Source: Betaproteobacteria bacterium
Lineage (GTDB): Bacteria; Pseudomonadota; Gammaproteobacteria; Burkholderiales; SHXO01
NCBI GenBank assembly: GCA_025356655.1
Contig: JANXRW010000037.1
Location: 17,175-81,174 of the forward strand
DNA: 64,000 nt
Reading direction: 5' to 3'
Position 1 is the stretch's first letter; every line of letters starts with the position of its first letter. Positions 29,427 through 37,355 of this stretch are shown here, piece by piece. The notes beneath the pieces are model-generated. The model saw only the letters and a list, made by a program, of their open reading frames with translations. It searched no databases and had not been told where the DNA came from. The position numbers and the translations under genes were made by a program.

Positions 29427-29816
29427 ATGAAATTTCATCTCCAAAAAGCCCCCGGTCGACGCATGGTCACGGGGTACGGCACCGACCACGTTCTCATCAA
29501 CGGCGAGCGCTACGAGCAGAGCCTGATCCTGCTGCCCGATGAGGTGCGGCACTGGCCCGTCACCACCTTCGAGGCCATCACCGAAGGGCACTTCCAGGAA
29601 CTCGCCGCCCTTCCCGCCGAATTGGTCCTCCTGGGAACGGGTGACCGCCTGCGCTTCCCACATCCGCGCCTCACCGCCATCGTGATGGGCGCCGGCCGTG
29701 GATTCGAGGTGATGAGCACCCAGGCCGCCTGCCGCACCTACAACATCCTGCTGGCCGAGGATCGCCGGGTTGCCTGCGCACTGCTGGTGGGCACGCCGGC
29801 GGCCGTCGCCGGCTAG
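29427..29816 (+). CDS. Mth938-like (DUF498/NDUFAF3-like) domain protein
   Basis: ATG 29427 within ORF 29286..29816. The sequence ELVLLGTGDRLRFPHPRLTAIVMGAGRGFEVMSTQAACRTYNILLAEDRRVACALL is typical of the family. Confidence 0.75.
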   Translation: MKFHLQKAPGRRMVTGYGTDHVLINGERYEQSLILLPDEVRHWPVTTFEAITEGHFQELAALPAELVLLGTGDRLRFPHPRLTAIVMGAGRGFEVMSTQAACRTYNILLAEDRRVACALLVGTPAAVAG

Positions 29817-31009
29817 GTCGCCAACAGCGCCTCGCAGCGCGCCAGTATCGCTTCCACGGCCGCCTCCTGGCTGTAGTCGCCGTGCACGGCGGCGAATTCA
29901 CGGGCTCGCTGGCTCAGGGCCTCGTCGGTGAGTAGACGCCGAACAAGACGCCGGTAATCCGGGCCCACCTGTTCCAGGTGCGCCACTACAGCCAGAGACT
30001 GCTGCTCCAAGCGGCGCGCAAACATCTCCTGCTCCATCTGCATGGGCAAGGCGAGCAGCGGTTTGCCGGCCAGCAGCATGGCGCTGCAGGTGCCGATACC
30101 GGCGTGGCAGATGGCTACGTCGCAGCGGATCCTCGCCTCGTTCATGTCGACAGGTGCAACGGAGAAATCGAGGCTGGCCGAGCGATGGGTCTTCAGGACC
30201 TTCGCCGAGGCACCCGGCGCATGCACCAGCACCGACGCGTCAAGGGCGGCCAGTGCGGACAGGACCTGCTCGAAACCACGGTAGGCCGGCTTCAGATAGG
30301 CAAACACCCGCTTGCCGGGGGCGCCAGGCCACTGCGCCGCTGCTCGGGCGGCCAGGGCATAGAGCGGCCCGGTATACACTGCTTCCCCGCGCCCCGGGTA
30401 GTGATCCAGTTCCGCGAAACTGCTGATGAGATCGGCCTCCACCTCCAGCAGGTCGGCCACGCGGGTGAGCGGTGGCCCCTCCAGCGTCCGCATCACCGTA
30501 TTGACGACTTCGCAGACCCGTCGCTCGGTGTCGGCGAGGCGCTCACCCAGGTTCTCGCGCTGCCACCACCGAAACGGCGGCAGCGGCGCTTGCCGCGGCG
30601 GGGTGAAGAAGCCGTTACCCACCATCAGGCGCGGAATGCCCAATCCCCGCGCGGCCAGCAACGCCGTGGGGGAATGATCGAAGACGATCAATTGCGGATT
30701 GAGGACTGCGAACAGGTTGCGCCACGCGCGTACCATGCCCGTGAGCAATGGCGCGCTGTGAAACCCAAAGCGCAGCAGCATTTCCGTATAGTTGGCCGGT
30801 TGCGGCAACCCCGACACCTCCGGTAGCCACAAGGGCGCTTGGAAGGCACGCAGGCCGTGCGGCGTGATGGCGGCCTCCGCATGCGCGAGATCGCGCAGCA
30901 AAAAGACCGGATCGTGCCCCCTTGAGCGTAGCGCCATGGCGAGCGGCAGCATGTGCCCGAGGTGGCCGTAATCCCCCCCCAGTTCCCACACCAGTAGCAC
31001 GCGACTCAT
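29813..31009 (-). CDS. GT1-family (UDP-glycosyltransferase/MGT-like) glycosyltransferase
   Basis: ATG 31009 within ORF 29813..31033. The N-terminus is LLVWELGGDYGHLGHMLPLAMAL. The C-terminal nucleotide-sugar motif is CHAGIGTCSAMLLAGKPLLALPMQMEQEMFA. Confidence 0.75.
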   Translation of the reverse strand: MSRVLLVWELGGDYGHLGHMLPLAMALRSRGHDPVFLLRDLAHAEAAITPHGLRAFQAPLWLPEVSGLPQPANYTEMLLRFGFHSAPLLTGMVRAWRNLFAVLNPQLIVFDHSPTALLAARGLGIPRLMVGNGFFTPPRQAPLPPFRWWQRENLGERLADTERRVCEVVNTVMRTLEGPPLTRVADLLEVEADLISSFAELDHYPGRGEAVYTGPLYALAARAAAQWPGAPGKRVFAYLKPAYRGFEQVLSALAALDASVLVHAPGASAKVLKTHRSASLDFSVAPVDMNEARIRCDVAICHAGIGTCSAMLLAGKPLLALPMQMEQEMFARRLEQQSLAVVAHLEQVGPDYRRLVRRLLTDEALSQRAREFAAVHGDYSQEAAVEAILARCEALLAT

Positions 31010-31063
31010 CTTCCCTGGGGCTCCCGCCTGCAATGTGACGGCGGATTCTACCGGTTCGGCGCC

Positions 31064-31099
31064 ACCAAAAGCGAAACGGCACCCCTCGGGGTGCCGTTT
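31064..31099 (-). terminator. Rho-independent terminator after the PEP-CTERM gene
   Basis: AAACGGCACCCC / GGGGTGCCGTTT forms a near-perfect 12-bp inverted repeat (31074-31099). A U-rich run follows on the minus sense (plus-strand CCAAAAGCGAAA). Confidence 0.75.
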
Positions 31100-31118
31100 G
31101 CGTGGGCGTGACGGCGAC

Positions 31119-32090
31119 TTAGCGCTGCCGGCGGCGGCGCGAGAGCACGGCCAGACCTGCCAGTCCAGCCAACAGCAACGGCGCAGTGGAAGGCTCCGGT
31201 ACCGCCGAAATGGAGGTCACCGTCGCGCTCTGCAGCACCGAGTCAGGAATCCCGGCAAGCGACAACGGGTCGCCGGAGCGTGCCTCGCTGTAACCCGAGG
31301 AAGAGCCAGGGCATTCGAACTCACAACCGCCGTACCCGTAAACGTAACCGGAACCACCGGCGTTGTGGCCGTAATTACCGTAGGCCGTGGTGATGAGGTC
31401 GTAGTCCAGGACCTTGGATTGACCGGGCGCCAAAACGCCGAGGGAGGCGCTCTGGGCGGCGGCACTCCAACTGTAGAAAGCTGTTATGGACCCGGCCAGA
31501 GAACCGATGCCATTTTGTACGTCGGCGGTGCTTGCGGAACCCGCCAAATCGATCCCGGAGGTCGTCAGGCTGGTACCGGCGGAAGTCAGAACCAAATTTC
31601 CGGTGCCGGTGGCAACGGTATGGCCACCAAAACTCACCGCGATGCTGTAGCCCGCCCCGCCATCGCAGGCAACGCCGCAGGCCACCTGCAGGTCACCGCT
31701 GTCGATCACGTAATTGAAGCTGTAGGCCAGAGCGCCTGACGTGGCGTTGGTGATGGTGCGCTCCAGGTGGAAACTACCGCGGGCCGCGAAGTTGCCGTTC
31801 CCCGAAGCGCGCGAACCAAAGGCCACCACGGAGGTCGAGTTCTGACCATAAATGTGGAAGAACACGTTATCGGTGCTGCCATCATTGCGGGAGAAATCCA
31901 CCGAATTGGGATCGGCTTGCGAAAAAGTGGGGTCAGCCGGGTTGATGGAGGACTGCCCGAGGCTGTATTCCGCCAGCGTGGTCACGCCATCGGCGGCCTG
32001 CGCGGACACCGCCAACATCCAGAGGGCACTTGCCACCGCGAGGGCAATGCCTCGTCGGTTAAAGGTTGCGAGGTTTTTTGTCTTTTGCAT
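31119..32090 (-). CDS. PEP-CTERM-anchored secreted protein of unknown function
   Basis: It has an N-terminal signal peptide (...LAVSAQA). The C-terminus VPEPSTAPLLLAGLAGLAVLSRRRRQR has the PEP motif, a TM helix and a basic tail. The body is Gly/Ser/Ala-rich. Confidence 0.85.
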   Translation of the reverse strand: MQKTKNLATFNRRGIALAVASALWMLAVSAQAADGVTTLAEYSLGQSSINPADPTFSQADPNSVDFSRNDGSTDNVFFHIYGQNSTSVVAFGSRASGNGNFAARGSFHLERTITNATSGALAYSFNYVIDSGDLQVACGVACDGGAGYSIAVSFGGHTVATGTGNLVLTSAGTSLTTSGIDLAGSASTADVQNGIGSLAGSITAFYSWSAAAQSASLGVLAPGQSKVLDYDLITTAYGNYGHNAGGSGYVYGYGGCEFECPGSSSGYSEARSGDPLSLAGIPDSVLQSATVTSISAVPEPSTAPLLLAGLAGLAVLSRRRRQR

Positions 32091-32133
32091 GAGGGTCTCC
32101 AGCGTCTGGTTTTATTGCCTGACGTTGTACGGC

Positions 32134-32163
32134 ATTTAACCCTCGCCGCGCCAGCATTGTCAA
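32134..32163 (-). promoter_or_regulatory. Sigma-70 promoter of the PEP-CTERM gene (TTGACA-N18-TTAAAT)
   Basis: The minus sense reads TTGACA (32163-32158), an 18-nt spacer, then TTAAAT (32139-32134). It sits in an AT-rich patch about 45 nt upstream of ATG 32090, and a GGAG SD follows. Confidence 0.6.
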
Positions 32164-32219
32164 ATAAATGTCACGGACTACCGCCGGACCTTCCCACTGC
32201 TTCAAGCCCGTCCGCGCAG

Positions 32220-34013
32220 TCAGGCCGCGCGATGTTCCAGCAGGCGCGTGGGGCTGAGGCCCACTCGGAGCGCTCCCCAGTGGCGGCCACCAACGACGAT
32301 TGGGGTGGCGAGGTCGACCACCAGCTCTCCCGTGTCCCTCTGGTAGGTCTGCATGAGGGTGGGCGCGGTGCTGGTGGCGGCGCGCAGTTCCGTCGGGCTG
32401 GCAAACTTGCGCTTGTCACGGCTGTGCACCAAATCCACTGCGGGATCACCCGTGAGCGGCTGGGAGGCACGACGGACGTGCGTGGGCGCATAACCGTTCA
32501 CGTCCACCGCGAGGGTGAAGATGCAGCCGTTGATGGTGGGCATGACCTCATCGTATAGGTTTTGCAGCCAAGCCTCCGCCCGAGCGTCGTAGGACGTATG
32601 AAATTTCGGCGGGTTCGTGCCAGGGATTGGTTGGTAGTTTCGGTCGAACACGTCGAGCCCCTGGCGCTGGAGGTCCTCTAACTGGGCACTGATGCGCCCC
32701 GCGGCCGCCGCCGAAACGCGCAGGCTATGATCAAAGGCGGTGTCGCCCATGCGCAGGCGTGACACCACCGAAAGGACGCTTTCGGTTTCCTTGGACAAGT
32801 CCCGGTGGGACTGCTCGGATTCGTGCATATGGCCCGCAACGCGGGTCGACAGCCCCTGTATTTCGGAGACTTGCTGGTGGATGCGGGTGTTGCTCGATTC
32901 CAGGTGCGCGATGGCGGTCGAGATCTCTCCCAACTGCTGGTTCATCGCGCTCAGGTCTCCCACCATCCGCTCGAAATCCCGCGAGGACTTCTCCACCACG
33001 TCGCGCGTGTGGTCCGCATCGGCGCGAATGGCGCCGGTTTCCTTCAGCGTGTTACCGACTAGGCTCAACATTCGGCCGGTGCTATCGGTGATGGTGCCAG
33101 TGGCGGACTTGACCTTCTCCGCGAGTTTACGCACCTCGTCGGCGACCACGGCAAAGCCGCGCCCCACCTCGCCCGCGCGCGCCGCCTCGATGGCTGCGTT
33201 CAAGGCCAACAGGTTGGTCTGGTCGGAGATGTCGTTGATCAGGAGGCCGATGTCCTGGATCCCGCGAGAGGTCTTGGACAGTTCCTCCACGGTAGCGCTG
33301 AAGGTGCCCAACTGGCGGCTGATTCGACCGATGCGCTCGGTGACGTCCAACAGTTCATGGAAGGAGCCCTGAGCCGCCGCGACGTTGGCTGCGGTCGCCC
33401 GCGTGATCTGCTCGGCGTTATTGGCCACGCTACCCACCGCCGTGTTGACCTCGCCGCTGGTCTCGAAGATCGCGGTGGTCAGCGCCTCCTGCTCCAGTGC
33501 GCGGCGTGCGGTGTCCTGGATATGCTTGCCGAGCCGTGCCGCCTCCACTGCGGTGCTCACCGACATCCTGCGCACATCGGCCACCAGCGCCCGCATCACG
33601 ACAAGGAAGTTGTTCATACCGGCGGCCAACGCGCGGACTTCCCCGCAGCCCTCGGCAGCAAGGGTGACACCGAGGTCGCCGTTGCCCTCGACGAAGCCGC
33701 GCAACGACTCCTCCATGTGGCGTAGTGGGGCTGCAACGCCGCGGCGAATCAGGACAATAAGGCCGAGCAAACCGACCACGAGCAGCCCCGCCGCCGCGGC
33801 TAATAGCCAGGCAACAGCGCCCAGGAACGCCTCAGGCCGCCCCTCCGGACGTGCCAAGCGCAGCGCCTGCGCCAAATCCGCCGCCTGCCCGTAGGCGAAC
33901 ACCAGCAGTATCGCTACGGCCACGCTCAGCAACGCAGCCAGAACCGCCAGCTGCACCGTAAGCTTCGGCGCCGCCGCCCGGTCCAGCTTAAAGTCTTGCA
34001 CCTCTTCGGACAT
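32220..34013 (-). CDS. Methyl-accepting chemotaxis protein: 2 TM with a very short loop, HAMP, MCP signalling domain, and an extra ~175-aa C-terminal sensor-like domain
   Basis: ATG 34013 follows GGGAG, within ORF 32220..34139.
- The two TM helices are separated by about 25 aa.
- Highly conserved hairpin tip: [37 protein letters not shown].
- C-terminal domain (32223-32744): ...[11 protein letters not shown]...SRDKRKF...[31 protein letters not shown]. Confidence 0.88.
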   Translation of the reverse strand: MSEEVQDFKLDRAAAPKLTVQLAVLAALLSVAVAILLVFAYGQAADLAQALRLARPEGRPEAFLGAVAWLLAAAAGLLVVGLLGLIVLIRRGVAAPLRHMEESLRGFVEGNGDLGVTLAAEGCGEVRALAAGMNNFLVVMRALVADVRRMSVSTAVEAARLGKHIQDTARRALEQEALTTAIFETSGEVNTAVGSVANNAEQITRATAANVAAAQGSFHELLDVTERIGRISRQLGTFSATVEELSKTSRGIQDIGLLINDISDQTNLLALNAAIEAARAGEVGRGFAVVADEVRKLAEKVKSATGTITDSTGRMLSLVGNTLKETGAIRADADHTRDVVEKSSRDFERMVGDLSAMNQQLGEISTAIAHLESSNTRIHQQVSEIQGLSTRVAGHMHESEQSHRDLSKETESVLSVVSRLRMGDTAFDHSLRVSAAAAGRISAQLEDLQRQGLDVFDRNYQPIPGTNPPKFHTSYDARAEAWLQNLYDEVMPTINGCIFTLAVDVNGYAPTHVRRASQPLTGDPAVDLVHSRDKRKFASPTELRAATSTAPTLMQTYQRDTGELVVDLATPIVVGGRHWGALRVGLSPTRLLEHRAA

Positions 34014-34152
34014 TTTTTTGCTCCCGTAGCGATGGCGTCCCAACCCGCATCCCGGACCCTTCTGGGTCCGGGCCCCGAGCGGGCCACCGCGGGACCCCGC
34101 TCCCCTTTGCCAGGAATGGGGGGTGCGTGAAGCGCGCATGTCGCCCCTCCTT

Positions 34153-34179
34153 TTAACGGGCGACCGGGCGAGGACTTGA
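34153..34179 (-). promoter_or_regulatory. Possible sigma-28-type promoter upstream of the MCP gene
   Basis: The minus sense reads TCAA (34179-34176), a 14-15-nt spacer, then GCCCGTTAA (34161-34153). The -10 region closely resembles the cheV promoter (GCCGTTAAAAAG versus GCCCGTTAAAAGG). It is weaker than consensus. Confidence 0.35.
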
Positions 34180-34199
34180 GCCGAACCACACAGTCGAAC

Positions 34200-35123
34200 T
34201 CAGAGCTCGGCCAGGGTCCGCAGGTGGACGACCGCACTGCGGCCCAGTGCGGGGAGGTCGTAGCCGCCCTCGAGCAGCGAGACAAGGCGCGAGCCCGCGT
34301 GTCGGGAGGCAACTTCCATGAGTTGCGCCGTGACCCACTGGAAATCGGCCTCCAGGAGGCGCAGCGAGGCTAATTCATCGTCCCGATGCGCATCGAAGCC
34401 CGCCGACACAAAAACCATTTGCGGACGGAACGCCTCCAGGGCCGGCAACCAGTTGGCGCTCACGGCCGCGCGGAACCCTCCCCCTCCCGTGCCGGCCGGC
34501 AGCGCGATGTTGACCATGCGATCGGTCCGAGTGTCGTGGCCCGTATAGGGATAGAGCGGGTGCTGGAAGGTCGAGACCATCATCACGCGCGGGTCTTCGC
34601 GGAAGATGTCCTCCGTGCCGTTGCCGTGGTGCACGTCGAAATCGGCGATGGCCACGCGCTCAAGTCCGCCGACCTCGAGAGCATGGGCGGCGGCCACGGC
34701 CACGTTGTTGTAGAAGCAGAAACCCATGGCGCGAGCCCGCTCGGCATGATGGCCAGGGGGGCGCACGCAGCAGAAGGCGTTGCGTGCCCGGCCGCTGAGC
34801 ACCGTCTCGGTCGCGAGCACGCCCGCGCCCGCGGCGCGCCGGGCGGCGCGCAGGCTGTGAGGTCCCATGGCGGTGTCGGGATCCACCTGCACCAGGCCGC
34901 TCTGCGGCAGCGCCTGCTCCAAAGCGTCGAGGTACTCCGCGGCGTGCACGCGCAGGAGTTGCGCATCGGTGGCGCGTGGCGCATCCAATTCGAGCAGATA
35001 GCCCGCCAAGCCAGCCGCCAGCAGCCGGTCCTGAATGGCGCCCAGCCGGTCCGGGCACTCGGGGTGGTGCTCCCCCATGTCGTGCAGGCGGCAGTCCGCG
35101 TGGGTGATGAGGGCGGTGGGCAT
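34200..35123 (-). CDS. Histone deacetylase-family (acetylpolyamine/acetoin-utilisation type) deacetylase
   Basis: ATG 35123 within ORF 34200..35138. It carries HPECPDRL, RPPGHHA, DFDVHHGNGT and EGGY motifs. Confidence 0.88.
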   Translation of the reverse strand: MPTALITHADCRLHDMGEHHPECPDRLGAIQDRLLAAGLAGYLLELDAPRATDAQLLRVHAAEYLDALEQALPQSGLVQVDPDTAMGPHSLRAARRAAGAGVLATETVLSGRARNAFCCVRPPGHHAERARAMGFCFYNNVAVAAAHALEVGGLERVAIADFDVHHGNGTEDIFREDPRVMMVSTFQHPLYPYTGHDTRTDRMVNIALPAGTGGGGFRAAVSANWLPALEAFRPQMVFVSAGFDAHRDDELASLRLLEADFQWVTAQLMEVASRHAGSRLVSLLEGGYDLPALGRSAVVHLRTLAEL

Positions 35124-35367
35124 GAGTAGCGGGGCCAAGCGGGGAGGATCGCTGGAATGTTACGCCAAAGCAGGACCGATCGGACCCCACTAGAAGGACT
35201 CTGACGCCCGTTGGCGTATGCTCTGGCCATGATCGGATCGATAATTGCTTGCGACGCAGGTGTGGCGCCGTAGGCCGCTATTCAGTTCCCAGCGCCCACG
35301 CCGTAAGCTTCAACGCGACGGAGTCCGACTCCGGGAAGCTCCACAACCTCAGGCCAACCCTGCGACC

Positions 35368-36384
35368 ATGCCCTCCGACGACCTTGCTCAGATCTCGCTG
35401 AACGCACTGCGCTTCCTGGCCCCCGCCGCACGCCGCCCCACTTCGCGCTCCCCCGCCACGGATTCCCATCAGGCTCCCGTCGCCCGAGCGCTGGCCCAAC
35501 TCGGTGAAATTATCCTGGGTAAGCGGGTACAACTGAAGCTCACGCTCGCCTGCCTGCTCGCGCGCGGACACTTACTTATCGAAGACCTTCCCGGTGTCGG
35601 TAAAACCACCCTGGCGCAGTCGTTGGCGGCCTGCCTGGGGTTACGCCTGCAGCGCATCCAGTTCACCAGCGACCTGCTGCCGGCGGACATCACCGGCGTA
35701 TCCATCTTCGACCGCACCTCGGGTAGTTTCAAGTTTCACCCCGGGCCGATCTTCGCCCAAATCATCCTGGCCGACGAGGTCAACCGGGCCACCCCAAAGG
35801 CCCAGAGTGCGCTCCTGGAAGCCATGGAGGAGCGCCAAGTCACGGTAGAAGGTGAGACCCGGGCGCTGCCGGAACCGTTTTTTGTGATCGCCACGCAGAA
35901 TCCTTCGCACCAGATTGGGACCTTTCCGCTTCCTGAGTCCCAACTCGACCGCTTTCTCATGCGCCTTCGCCTGGGCTACCCCGACCCGCAAGCCGAGCGC
36001 CTACTGCTCGAGGGCCGCGACCGGCGTGCCATGCTCAGCGAGATGTCGCCCTGCCTCGGGCTCCAGGACATCGAACGCCTACAGGGCGCGGTGCGCGAGG
36101 TCTTCGTCTCGCCGGCCATCCTCGACTACCTGCAGGCCTTGCTGACCAACTCACGCGACGCCCGGGCCTTCCCTCACGGATTGAGCCCGCGGGCAGGGCT
36201 CAGCCTGCTCCAGGCGGCACGCGCCTGGGCCCTCGTGGAAGGACGGTCTCACGTCCTACCGGAGGATTTACAGGCGGTGCTGCCTGCAGTCAGCGGACAC
36301 CGCCTGCAGGGCTCGGGATCGCTCGCGGCCGCAGACGGTGAGGAACTGGCGCGGCGTCTGGTCGAGTCGGTTGCCCTTCCCTAA
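35368..36384 (+). CDS. MoxR-family AAA+ ATPase
   Basis: ATG 35368 within ORF 35245..36384. It has Walker A EDLPGVGKTTLA, Walker B ILADEVNRATPKAQSALLEAMEERQVTVEG, and IATQNP. Confidence 0.9.
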   Translation: MPSDDLAQISLNALRFLAPAARRPTSRSPATDSHQAPVARALAQLGEIILGKRVQLKLTLACLLARGHLLIEDLPGVGKTTLAQSLAACLGLRLQRIQFTSDLLPADITGVSIFDRTSGSFKFHPGPIFAQIILADEVNRATPKAQSALLEAMEERQVTVEGETRALPEPFFVIATQNPSHQIGTFPLPESQLDRFLMRLRLGYPDPQAERLLLEGRDRRAMLSEMSPCLGLQDIERLQGAVREVFVSPAILDYLQALLTNSRDARAFPHGLSPRAGLSLLQAARAWALVEGRSHVLPEDLQAVLPAVSGHRLQGSGSLAAADGEELARRLVESVALP

Positions 36385-36398
36385 CCCGCCGCGCCGCC

Positions 36399-37352
36399 AT
36401 GGCGACAACCCCAATGGCTTGGCGTAGCCGCTTCGCGCAGCCGCCGCCGGGCGGTCAGTTCCCCCTGGTGCTGACCCAACGCCGGGTCTACATCCTGCCC
36501 ACTCGCCCGGGACTGCTATTTGCCGCCACCTTGGTCACCATGTTGCTAGGCTGTATCAACTACAACCTGGGACTGGGCTTCGTGCTCACCTTCCTGCTCG
36601 GCGGCTGTGGCGTGCTGACCATGCTCCATACCTACCGTAATCTGGCGCAGTTGCGCCTCCGGCCAGGCCAGGTCGAACCCGTCTTCGCCGGCGATCCTGC
36701 GCAGTTCCCCGTGCACCTGGACAACCCCGGGCAAATCCCCCGACTGAGCCTTAGGCTGGAATGCGGCGCGGTGCGCAGCGCCTGGTTCGATGTCCCCGCC
36801 GCTGGGCAACAAACGGCCTGCCTGGCCTTTCCCACGCTCCAGCGCGGCGTGCTGGTGCTTCCCCGGATCCGCGTGCGCACTACCTTCCCCTTGGGGCTAT
36901 TCAACGCCTGGTCCAATGTGGACATGGAATTGCAGGCACTCGTCTATCCCCGGCCAACACCCGGGCCCGTGGAACTGCCGCAGCCCGTCGGCGGCAACGG
37001 GGGCGTGCGCCAGCACGGCCCGGGCCAAGAGGACTTCGCGGGATTGCGCGATTACCATCCCGGGGACTCGCTGCGACATGTGGCCTGGCGGACCGAAGCC
37101 CGTGACCAGCCGCTCATGACCAAGCAATTCAGCGGGCAAAGCGGTGGCGAGATCTGGCTGGACTGGGCGGAGATGAGCCCCCGGCTGGGCACTGAAGAGC
37201 GGCTCAGGCTGCTCGCACGACAACTGCTCGACGCGCAAGCGCTGGGAGCCTCGGTGGGCCTGCGCCTTCCCCAAGGTGAGTTTTCCCCTAAACCAGGTCC
37301 CGAACACCTGCACCGGTGCCTGGGCGCGCTGGCGCTGTTCCCGGCGCACTAA
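36399..37352 (+). CDS. DUF58-domain protein (MoxR partner)
   Basis: It has two N-terminal TM helices and the motif DFAGLRDYHPGDSLRHVAWRTEARDQPLMTKQF. Confidence 0.85.
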   Translation: MATTPMAWRSRFAQPPPGGQFPLVLTQRRVYILPTRPGLLFAATLVTMLLGCINYNLGLGFVLTFLLGGCGVLTMLHTYRNLAQLRLRPGQVEPVFAGDPAQFPVHLDNPGQIPRLSLRLECGAVRSAWFDVPAAGQQTACLAFPTLQRGVLVLPRIRVRTTFPLGLFNAWSNVDMELQALVYPRPTPGPVELPQPVGGNGGVRQHGPGQEDFAGLRDYHPGDSLRHVAWRTEARDQPLMTKQFSGQSGGEIWLDWAEMSPRLGTEERLRLLARQLLDAQALGASVGLRLPQGEFSPKPGPEHLHRCLGALALFPAH

Positions 37353-37355
37353 TCC

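Noticed and set aside
34051-34072. A 9-bp perfect hairpin CCCGGACCC-TTCT-GGGTCCGGG between the HDAC and MCP genes, considered as a terminator or REP element.
   Set aside because: There is no U-tract on either strand and no second copy seen in the window, so the evidence for a functional call is insufficient.
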